Assembly (NCBI GenBank): GCA_002070455.1
Contig: MWDG01000001.1
Span: 240-64,239 of the forward strand
Reading direction: 5' to 3'
Length of the DNA stretch: 64,000 bases
Origin: Deltaproteobacteria bacterium ADurb.Bin151
GTDB lineage: Bacteria; Desulfobacterota; Syntrophia; Syntrophales; Smithellaceae
Each line of letters opens with the position of its first letter. Position 1 is the stretch's first letter. Of the stretch, positions 9,018 through 16,513 are shown piece after piece. The translations under genes and the position numbers were made by a program. The notes below the pieces were generated by a model. It was given only the letters and a program-made list of their open reading frames with translations, ran no database searches and was not told the DNA's origin.

Positions 9018-9473
9018 TCAGTAAATTTCCATGGCGCATCCGCCGGCTAGCGTTCCGCCGAGTTCACGGCATTTTTCCAGGATTTCCTCGGTGATTTTCC
9101 CTTTTGCGATAACAGGGGTGAAAACATTTTTAAATTTGTAACCCAGGGCGATGCGCTCGATAGCCCTGAGGGCCCCCGATCCGTCATTGCCGGCGCTGAT
9201 GAAAACGACATAGGGCTTGCGGAAAACTTTGTCCTGGGCGTCTCCGTATGTCCGGTCAAAAAAATCCTTGATCATGCCGGACATATAGCCAAAGTTTTCC
9301 GGCGTGCCGATTGCAAGACCGTCACAGGTTAAGAGGTCGTCAATGGTCGCATCTACAGCTTTTTTAAAATTGACCTCCACGCCGTCGATGACCTTTGCGC
9401 CTTCATAGACGGCTTCGGCCATTTGCCGGGTATGCCCGGTCTGGGAATGATAAACAACTAAAATTCGGGTCAT
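9018..9473 (-). CDS. Flavodoxin-family protein
   Basis: 151 aa. Starts MTRILVVYHSQTGHTRQMAEAV, a typical flavodoxin-fold FMN-binding N-terminus. Confidence 0.75.
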   Translation of the reverse strand: MTRILVVYHSQTGHTRQMAEAVYEGAKVIDGVEVNFKKAVDATIDDLLTCDGLAIGTPENFGYMSGMIKDFFDRTYGDAQDKVFRKPYVVFISAGNDGSGALRAIERIALGYKFKNVFTPVIAKGKITEEILEKCRELGGTLAGGCAMEIY

Positions 9474-9480
9474 AAAATAA

Positions 9481-9639
9481 AATGGGTAAAGGGTTAGGGG
9501 TCATAGGTTAGGGGTGATGGATAATGGGGAAGAGGTAATAGGTGAGGAGTGAGGGGAGAAGAGTCAGAAAAAAAGATTTTTCATCCCCTAACCCTTCACT
9601 ACTCACTCCTGACCCCTAACCCATAACCCCTGACCTTTC
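9481..9639. repeat. Phased heptamer array forming a long imperfect inverted repeat (G-rich arm 9481-9564, C-rich arm 9591-9639)
   Basis: Direct reading. Left arm: aatgggt aaagggt taggggt cataggt taggggt gatggat aatgggg aagaggt aataggt gaggagt gagggga gaagagt. Spacer: cagaaaaaaagatttttc. Right arm: acccttc actactc actcctg accccta acccata acccctg acctttc. The right arm abuts the tpiA stop codon (comp. 9641-9639). Confidence 0.8.
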
Positions 9640-10385
9640 TATGGCATTTTGGAAATAATGCCCAGGAAGCCATCGGCTTTCAGCGATGCCCCGCCGACCA
9701 ACGCTCCGTCGATATCTTCCATCGCGATCAACTCAGTGATATTATCTTTCGTCACACTGCCGCCATAGAGAATACGAACATCAGCGGCCGCACAGCCGTA
9801 TATTTCAACAAGAAGCCGGCGAATGAAGTCATGAACATCTTCAGCCTGTGGCGGTGTTGCGACCAAGCCCGTTCCGATTGCCCAGACCGGTTCATAGGCG
9901 ATGACGACGTCGTCCAGCTTGTCAATTCCGTCCAGCGCGCCGCGAACCTGACGGTTCACAACTGCCTCCGTGATCCCTTTGTTTCTTTCACCGTCCGTTT
10001 CGCCGACACAGACAATAGGCTTCAAACCGGTTGCCAGCGCTTTCTTCACTTTCAAATTAACGGTTTCTTCGCTTTCGACAAAATACTTGCGGCGCTCCGA
10101 ATGCCCGATGATGACGTACGTGCAACCTGCATCTTTCAGCATCAGCGGAGAAACTTCGCCGGTGTACGCTCCCTTGTCTTCGAAATACATGTTTTGAGCA
10201 GCAATCGCCACAGTTGATCCTGTTAGGATTTCTCTGACGCTCTGCAGAGCGGTAAACGGTGGAGCAACCACCACCTCTCCGTTTTTTAAACCGGCCGTTC
10301 CTTCTTTTACTGTGCGGGCCAGTGCGACGGATTCGTCAATGGTGTTATTCATCTTCCAGTTGCCGGCAACAATCCATTTTCTCAT
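9639..10385 (-). CDS. tpiA: Triosephosphate isomerase
   Basis: 248 aa. AGNWKMN, IIGHSERR and AYEPVWAIGTG motifs. Confidence 0.95.
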   Translation of the reverse strand: MRKWIVAGNWKMNNTIDESVALARTVKEGTAGLKNGEVVVAPPFTALQSVREILTGSTVAIAAQNMYFEDKGAYTGEVSPLMLKDAGCTYVIIGHSERRKYFVESEETVNLKVKKALATGLKPIVCVGETDGERNKGITEAVVNRQVRGALDGIDKLDDVVIAYEPVWAIGTGLVATPPQAEDVHDFIRRLLVEIYGCAAADVRILYGGSVTKDNITELIAMEDIDGALVGGASLKADGFLGIISKMP

Positions 10386-10399
10386 CGGCTTTCTCCCTG

Positions 10400-11575
10400 T
10401 TAACCGAGTGCGGCAACAGCCGGCAGTGTTTTGCCTTCAAGGAGTTCCAGAAACGCGCCGCCGCCTGTGGATATGTAAGATATTTTATCGCTCTTGCCGG
10501 TCTTGTGAACGGCCGTGTCCGTATCGCCGCCACCCACAATGGTCATCGCACCGGATTGCACAACCGCATCCACCAGTTTAAATGTTCCTGAGGAAAAAGG
10601 AGCAAGCTCAAACATGCCCAGCGGACCGTTCCAGACAATTGTTTTGGCCGTTTTCACCGCGTCTGAAAAAGCCGCAATGCTTGCAGGGCCGATGTCCAGA
10701 CCCATCCAGCCGTCCGGAATGTCCTTGACGGCAACAATATTTCTTTCCGCATCCGCGGACGGTTCCTGGGCGATAACGGTATCCACCGGCAGGAGAAACT
10801 GCACGTTTTGGGCTTTGGCTTTGTCCATGATTTTTCTGGCCAGATCCAGCATGTCCGTTTCACACAGGGACTTGCCGACGTTGAAACCCTGGGCTTTCAG
10901 AAAAGTGAAAGCCATGCCGCCTCCCACGATCAGGCGGTCCACTTTGTCGATGACATTTTCCAGAACTTTAATTTTGTCGGACACTTTGGCACCGCCGATA
11001 ATGGCGACGAGCGGCCTTGTAGGATTGCCCATGGCCTTGTTGAAATATTCAATTTCATTTTTCAGAAGAAAGCCCGCGGCGCAGACCGGTACATACTTTG
11101 TAATGGCCGTGTTGGATGCAGCCGCACGGTGCGACACGGCAAACGCATCGTTAACATATACGTCACACAGTTTTGCAAGTTCCTGTGCAAAGGCTTCATC
11201 ATTTTTATCTTCACCCGGATGAAAACGCAGGTTCTCAAGTAAAATCAAATCACCTGCTTTCATCGCGGTCACGGCTTTTTCCGCTTTTTCGCCGATGCAG
11301 TCGTCAATAAAGGGAACGTCTGTTTTCAGCATTCCGGCAAGAACCGGGGCGACCGGTCTTAAGGAGAACTCTTCAACTCTTTTGCCCTTGGGCCGTCCTA
11401 GGTGAGATGTGACAATCACCCGGGCGCCTTTATCCCTGATAAAATTAATCGTTGCCAGACTTGCTTTGACGCGGGTAACGTCAGTGACGTTGCCTGACTT
11501 GTCCATGGGCACATTGAAATCCACCCGTACCAATACCTTCTTTCCGCTTACATCGATCTGATCCAAGTACTTCAT
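10400..11575 (-). CDS. pgk: Phosphoglycerate kinase
   Basis: 391 aa. VRVDFNVP, SHLGRPKG and STGGGAFLE motifs. Confidence 0.95.
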   Translation of the reverse strand: MKYLDQIDVSGKKVLVRVDFNVPMDKSGNVTDVTRVKASLATINFIRDKGARVIVTSHLGRPKGKRVEEFSLRPVAPVLAGMLKTDVPFIDDCIGEKAEKAVTAMKAGDLILLENLRFHPGEDKNDEAFAQELAKLCDVYVNDAFAVSHRAAASNTAITKYVPVCAAGFLLKNEIEYFNKAMGNPTRPLVAIIGGAKVSDKIKVLENVIDKVDRLIVGGGMAFTFLKAQGFNVGKSLCETDMLDLARKIMDKAKAQNVQFLLPVDTVIAQEPSADAERNIVAVKDIPDGWMGLDIGPASIAAFSDAVKTAKTIVWNGPLGMFELAPFSSGTFKLVDAVVQSGAMTIVGGGDTDTAVHKTGKSDKISYISTGGGAFLELLEGKTLPAVAALG

Positions 11576-11602
11576 GCGCGTTACCTCTTTTCACGTATTA
11601 TT

Positions 11603-12601
11603 TTATTTCATGATAAAAGACAGGAGCTCCAGCATTCGATTGGAGAAGCCCCATTCGTTGTCATACCATGAAAGTATTTTTACCATTCTGCCGCCGATGA
11701 CGGTAGTGTTGGGCAGATCCACAATCGATGAATGGGGATTGCCGTTAAAATCTTTGGATACCAGTTCTTCTTCGGAGCAGCATAAAATGCCTTTCATTGC
11801 CCTTTGAGAATGTTCTTTCAGTTTTTCGTTGACTTCCTGCTTGCTTGTCTCGCGGGAAAGGGTTGCCACAAAATCCACCAGGGAAACATTGGGGGTGGGT
11901 ACGCGTATCGCCAGTCCGTCAAGCCTGCCTTTCATTTCCGGAATGACTTCCGCAATAGCGCGGGCCGCGCCGGTTGTTGTCGGAATCATAGAAAGGGCTG
12001 AAGCACGGGTGCGCCGCAGGTCCTTATGGGCTTCGTCAAGCACGACCTGGTCGTTGGTGAAGGAATGAATGGTCGTCATCAATCCGTATTCAACCCCGAA
12101 TTCCTCATGCAGAATTTTCACAATCGGAGCCAGGCAATTTGTGGTACAGGATCCCATGGAGATGATGTGATGTTTCGAACGGTCATAGTCCTGCGAATTA
12201 ACGCCGAAAACTACCGTGACATCCGCTCCCCTGGCGGGCGCGGAGATGACCACTTTTCTGGCGCCGGCTTTCAGGTGCTTTTCCGCCCCGTCCTTGTCCG
12301 TGAATCTTCCCGTACTTTCGAGCACAACATCCACGCCTAAATCTCTCCAAGGCAGTGTTTCCGGGTCTCTGACGGAAAAGGCTTTGATTTCGCGGCCGTC
12401 AACGGTGATTGCATTGGGAGTGACTTTCACTTCAGCATCAAGTGTTCCATGGGTAGAATCATATTTGAGAAGGTGAGCGATTGTTTTTGCATCGGCTAGA
12501 TCATTGACTGCCACGAATTCCACATCTTTGCTTCTGTAACCGGCGCGGAATACCAGCCGCCCGATTCTTCCGAATCCGTTTATTGCAATCTTTATAGGCA
12601 T
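11603..12601 (-). CDS. gap: Glyceraldehyde-3-phosphate dehydrogenase (type I)
   Basis: MPIKIAINGFGRIGR start at 12601, preceded by GAGGAGG. SCTTNCLAP active site. The longer track start (12658) adds 19 non-conserved residues. Confidence 0.95.
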   Translation of the reverse strand: MPIKIAINGFGRIGRLVFRAGYRSKDVEFVAVNDLADAKTIAHLLKYDSTHGTLDAEVKVTPNAITVDGREIKAFSVRDPETLPWRDLGVDVVLESTGRFTDKDGAEKHLKAGARKVVISAPARGADVTVVFGVNSQDYDRSKHHIISMGSCTTNCLAPIVKILHEEFGVEYGLMTTIHSFTNDQVVLDEAHKDLRRTRASALSMIPTTTGAARAIAEVIPEMKGRLDGLAIRVPTPNVSLVDFVATLSRETSKQEVNEKLKEHSQRAMKGILCCSEEELVSKDFNGNPHSSIVDLPNTTVIGGRMVKILSWYDNEWGFSNRMLELLSFIMK

Positions 12602-12885
12602 TTTTTCCTCCTCAATCCTTACTTTAAAAAGATTAAACAAAAGCCTGTGGGTTGTCAATCCATTTCTCTTTTTTAAGGGGAGTCTGTCGGGCCAACAGGC
12701 GACCTAAGGCATGATGGATGCAAGGGAAATTGTTATGTTGAAGTAAGAGAGCTTATTTGCTAGAACCCAATCATGTCCGGTCGTCCACAAAATATTTTTT
12801 GCGCCGGAATGCTGCAAAAAAATCGATGGAGTGTTCGTTTGAATGAGGTGAACATTTCAATAAAAATTCCGGGGTGCAAACATCA

Positions 12886-14127
12886 ATGAGCGATGATAAA
12901 TTATACATTGTGCTGATGGGGCTCCCCGCCAGGGGAAAGTCCACGCTGGCTTTGCGCCTGCTGGAGGCATTTCGCAAAGACCACATCCGGACAAGAATAT
13001 TCAACAACGGTAATCTGCGCCGAATTTACCGACCGCTTGACGAGACGTCCCGTGCCGAGTTTTATTCTCCCCGGAACTTCGCTGCCATAGCTCTGCGGGA
13101 TAAGTTTGCCCGCATGAATATGGAAAGGGCCAGAAGTTATCTTCGCAATTCAGGCCAGGTGGCTATTCTGGATGCGACCAACGCCAGCCGCCGCCGCAGG
13201 GAAACAATAGAGACTTATCTCAACGATCATCCTCTTCTTTTTATCGAGTGCATTAACGATGACCAGGAGATTCTGAATTTAAGCATTCTGGAAAAAACAA
13301 GGCTGCCGGAATTCAGTCATCTGGAATACAAAAAAGCGGAAGCGGAATTTTTAAAAAGAATTGATTATTATAAGTTGATTTACACTCCCTTGAAAATGGA
13401 AAGAAATTTTGTTTGCCTGGATTCGCTTCAGAACAGGATTATCAAAGAAAAACATACAGATCCTATTTATCTTTTCGCCCGACTGCGGGATTATCTGGTG
13501 ACGGACGAAGTAAAAAATCTGTTTTTGATCCGGCATACGCAGACAGAATATAATCTTGAAGACCGCATCGGAGGAAATCCGGGTTTGACCATAAAGGGCA
13601 AGGAGCAGGCTGAAGCGCTCGCGCAGTTTTTCTGCGCGAAAAAAATATCCTACATCTTTACCAGCAGCAAGATCAGGACCAAAAGGACGGCGGAAGCGAT
13701 TGCATCGAAACAGGATTATTGCCGGATCATAGCGCTCAAAGAGTTTGATGAAATCAATGCCGGCATCTGTGAAGGCATGACCTATGCGGAGATTGAAAAA
13801 AAGATGCCTGATGTTTTCCGCGCCCGCGAAGCCAACAAATATGCTTATGCCTATCCGGAAGGCGAAAGTTATGCGACGATGAAGCCGAGGATTGAGGAAG
13901 GAATCAAAAAAGCTTTCTTCCTGAACCGGCACTCCCACAATATTATGATTATCGGCCATCAGGCAGTCAACCGTTTGATTCTGTCGCATTTTCTTTACCG
14001 GCGGGAAGTGGACGTCCCTTACATTTACATTCCGCAGGATCGTTTCTATCATATTGTTTCCATGCAGAACAAAAAACTTTTTGAATTAAAACGTTATGAT
14101 AAATATTTTTATAAAAAAACAGCATAA
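12886..14127 (+). CDS. Bifunctional 6-phosphofructo-2-kinase / fructose-2,6-bisphosphatase-like protein (PFKFB architecture)
   Basis: N-terminal half: IVLMGLPARGKSTLALRL, FNNGNLRRIY, GQVAILDATNASRRRR, FIECINDDQEIL (6PF2K signature blocks). C-terminal half: LIRHTQTEYNLEDRIGGNPGLT, YPEGESY, IMIIGHQAVNRLILSHFL (histidine-phosphatase blocks). Confidence 0.8.
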   Translation: MSDDKLYIVLMGLPARGKSTLALRLLEAFRKDHIRTRIFNNGNLRRIYRPLDETSRAEFYSPRNFAAIALRDKFARMNMERARSYLRNSGQVAILDATNASRRRRETIETYLNDHPLLFIECINDDQEILNLSILEKTRLPEFSHLEYKKAEAEFLKRIDYYKLIYTPLKMERNFVCLDSLQNRIIKEKHTDPIYLFARLRDYLVTDEVKNLFLIRHTQTEYNLEDRIGGNPGLTIKGKEQAEALAQFFCAKKISYIFTSSKIRTKRTAEAIASKQDYCRIIALKEFDEINAGICEGMTYAEIEKKMPDVFRAREANKYAYAYPEGESYATMKPRIEEGIKKAFFLNRHSHNIMIIGHQAVNRLILSHFLYRREVDVPYIYIPQDRFYHIVSMQNKKLFELKRYDKYFYKKTA

Positions 14128-14141
14128 GGAGGCTGAATCCT

Positions 14142-14522
14142 ATGAGCGGCATTAAAATGAATATGGATGAATTCAGCAGGCTGGCAAAGAATCCCGATGA
14201 AAAGCCTTTTGTCATGTTGAATCTGCTCAAGTTCAAAGGTGCACAGGGGCAGGCTTCTTACACCCGCTACATGAAAGAGGCCGGGGAATTTGTTGCAGGC
14301 GTCGGAGGAAAAGTTCTGTATCTTGGAAAACCTGATGAACTGCTCAACGGCAATGAAAAATGGGATCTGCTCATGCTGGTGCATTATCCATCCCGCAAAG
14401 CATTTCTTTCCATGGCCAACAATCCCGATTATCTTAAAGTACATCGTTTCCGAGAAGAGGGGGTCGAACGGGCTGTCCTTTATGCGACCGATCCGATCAG
14501 GTTCAGGGATATAGCCATTTAG
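14142..14522 (+). CDS. DUF1330-family protein (dimeric alpha/beta-barrel-like)
   Basis: 126 aa. FVMLNLLKFKG...LMLVHYPSRKAFLSMANNPDY pattern resembles DUF1330. Confidence 0.6.
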   Translation: MSGIKMNMDEFSRLAKNPDEKPFVMLNLLKFKGAQGQASYTRYMKEAGEFVAGVGGKVLYLGKPDELLNGNEKWDLLMLVHYPSRKAFLSMANNPDYLKVHRFREEGVERAVLYATDPIRFRDIAI

Positions 14523-14621
14523 ACTATAGGCTATTAGGCTTTTAGCCTAATAGGAAGAGCGCACAGCGCCCAACAAATCAACCTAACAGTCTAACACGCT
14601 AACAGCCTATAGCCTGATAGC
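14520..14621 (+). repeat. Phased ~8-nt degenerate tandem array in direct then inverted orientation (long imperfect hairpin); its first unit contains the TAG stop of the DUF1330 gene
   Basis: Direct reading. First half: tagactat aggctatt aggctttt agcctaat aggaagag. Centre: cgcacagcgcccaacaaatcaa. Second half: cctaacag tctaacac gctaacag cctatag cctgatag c. Inner perfect hairpin ctattaggc-ttt-tagcctaat; outer pairing ctataggct / agcctatag. Confidence 0.75.
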
Positions 14622-14712
14622 AACCCTTTTTACCCTTGCGTTCATCTATTGTTGCTCATATACTTCGGCAAAAAGGAATCACGGGACCTAGGGACTGATT
14701 CAGGAGGAAATA

Positions 14713-15156
14713 ATGAAAAAAGTTTTTGTTTTCGTAATGGCTGCAGTGATGTTGTTGGTTTTTTCCGGTTTTTCGAAGGCGGCGGAACCCTCCATTACCG
14801 GTATATGGTCTATGCCCGTTGTGAAGGGCCAGGATAAGGGAAAAGAAAGGTTCCAGGTTGAAATTTCTGAAAAAGACGGAATTTATTACGGCAAGATTGT
14901 CAAGCTCTCCATCCTTCCTGCCAATGCGGTATGCAAAAAATGCAAGAAAGAGAGGCAGGACAAACCGCTGATGGGTATGCTGATGCTGATCAATCTGAAA
15001 AAAGAAGCAGGAAGATACGTTGGGGGAAAGATCTATGACGTTGACGAAGGAAAAGAATACAAATGTAACATGACACTGATTTCGCCGGACAAGCTGCAAG
15101 TGACGGCATGCGTAATGTTTATCTGTGACAGCCATTACTGGACAAGGGTTAAATAG
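14713..15156 (+). CDS. DUF2147-family secreted protein
   Basis: Signal peptide MKKVFVFVMAAVMLLVFSGFSKA. Also GIWSM...GKIVKL...GGKIYDVDEGKEYKCNMTL...LQVTACV pattern. Confidence 0.6.
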   Translation: MKKVFVFVMAAVMLLVFSGFSKAAEPSITGIWSMPVVKGQDKGKERFQVEISEKDGIYYGKIVKLSILPANAVCKKCKKERQDKPLMGMLMLINLKKEAGRYVGGKIYDVDEGKEYKCNMTLISPDKLQVTACVMFICDSHYWTRVK

Positions 15157-15161
15157 ACAGT

Positions 15162-15497
15162 ATGTATCATCGCCAAAATAAAGACGGATATCATTCAAGG
15201 GTAAAGGGCATTGATCAGAAAACCCTGGTCTTCGGAGACCGGACACTGATGACGGAATTCAGGCTCAACAAAGGTGCTCTCGTGCCCCGGCACTCTCATC
15301 CTTACGAGCAGACGGGGTACCTCGTAAGCGGCCGCATGATCTTCATTACAGGGGAAGAGAGCTTCGTAGCGCTTCCCGGAGACAGCTGGTGCATCCGTAT
15401 GAATGTTGAACACAGTGCTGAAGTCCTGGAAGATTCCGTGGCTGTGGAAATATTTTCTCCGATCCGTGAGGATTATCTGCCGGGGAGGACGTTTTGA
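15162..15497 (+). CDS. Cupin-domain protein
   Basis: 111 aa. LVPRHSHPYEQTGYLVSGRM...PGDSWCIRMNVEHSAEV has the two cupin motifs. Confidence 0.65.
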   Translation: MYHRQNKDGYHSRVKGIDQKTLVFGDRTLMTEFRLNKGALVPRHSHPYEQTGYLVSGRMIFITGEESFVALPGDSWCIRMNVEHSAEVLEDSVAVEIFSPIREDYLPGRTF

Positions 15498-15522
15498 TAG
15501 ATAAACGGGGAAGGGGGCATTA

Positions 15523-16293
15523 TTGATGAAACAATTTTCACTTACACCGGCGGCCGGTAAAAGACTTATCGGCAAAGGCATGGCCGGCCATCCGGAGGTG
15601 CTCTCCGCGCTGAAAGGCAAAACGATTGTCATTATTGCCGGTACGACCAACGGTTACGTGGCCGAGGAGTTGCTTGCCTTAATCGGGCAGGCGGATGAAT
15701 TCCGGCGGGAACGTTTTTTCCGTGGCATTGTTTTACCTCCTTCCCAACCGACGTTGCCCTCCGGCAGGTTTCCGGATGAAAGCGGTTTTCCGGGCGATGT
15801 AGTGATTCAAAAAGGGATCTGGCAAAAAGGCAAAACCATTTTTGACGCAGTGGATGAACTGAAAGAGGGCGATGTGATTTTAAAAGGGGCCAATGCGGTT
15901 GATCTGGAGTCCAGACGGGCTGCAATTCTGATTGGACACCCGCAGGCGGGAACCATCGGTGTGTCGCTTCCTGCATATTACGGCAGGCGTGTGCGGCTGA
16001 TTATTCCGGTTGGCCTGGAAAAACGCGTTTACGGAAATCTGGACGATCTGGCCTGCGAGATCAACAGGCCCGGAGCACACGGGCCCAGACTGCTGCCCGT
16101 TCCCGGTGAAGTTGTGACGGAGCTGGAAGCCATTGGTTTATTGACTGGCGCAAAAGCAAAAATAATTGCTGCAGGCGGGGTTTCCGGTGCGGAAGGCAGT
16201 GTCTGGCTGTCTGTGTGCGGCAAACCGGATCAGGAAGAAAGGGCCGCGGTGCTGCTTCAGTCTTTGGTTTCAGAGCCGGCATTTAAAATATAG
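15523..16293 (+). CDS. Conserved-looking protein of unknown function
   Basis: 256-aa ORF with a coding-like, Gly-rich composition ([30 protein letters not shown]). I cannot place it in a family from sequence alone. Confidence 0.5.
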   Translation: MMKQFSLTPAAGKRLIGKGMAGHPEVLSALKGKTIVIIAGTTNGYVAEELLALIGQADEFRRERFFRGIVLPPSQPTLPSGRFPDESGFPGDVVIQKGIWQKGKTIFDAVDELKEGDVILKGANAVDLESRRAAILIGHPQAGTIGVSLPAYYGRRVRLIIPVGLEKRVYGNLDDLACEINRPGAHGPRLLPVPGEVVTELEAIGLLTGAKAKIIAAGGVSGAEGSVWLSVCGKPDQEERAAVLLQSLVSEPAFKI

Positions 16294-16302
16294 GAGAATG
16301 TC

Positions 16303-16506
16303 ATGCCAGTCGTAAATGTAAAAATCGTTAAGGGAAGAACCGTTGAACAGAAACGCAATCTGGCCAAAGCGGTAACGGACGCGGTTGCCCGAACGATCGA
16401 TGTCAAACCGGATGCTGTCTGGGTTTTGATCGAAGAATACGAAAAAGAAAACTGGGCGGCAGGAGGCGGACTTTATTCCGATCGTAACGCCGGTGTTCAA
16501 AAATGA
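16303..16506 (+). CDS. 4-oxalocrotonate tautomerase-family protein
   Basis: 67 aa. Starts MPVVNVKIVKGRTVEQKRNLAKAVTDAV, with the catalytic Pro1 after Met removal. Confidence 0.75.
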   Translation: MPVVNVKIVKGRTVEQKRNLAKAVTDAVARTIDVKPDAVWVLIEEYEKENWAAGGGLYSDRNAGVQK

Positions 16507-16513
16507 TTTCGGA

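Noticed and set aside
10515-11222. Long antisense shadow ORFs inside well-supported genes (for example 10515-11222, 6649-7314, 13351-14052, 25451-26206, 30586-31206, 32458-33291, 34211-34795, 38134-38628, 47963-48583, 56890-57384)
   Set aside because: Each overlaps a gene with strong family motifs on the other strand. Their translations are low-complexity or Arg/Cys/His-rich with no recognisable motifs.
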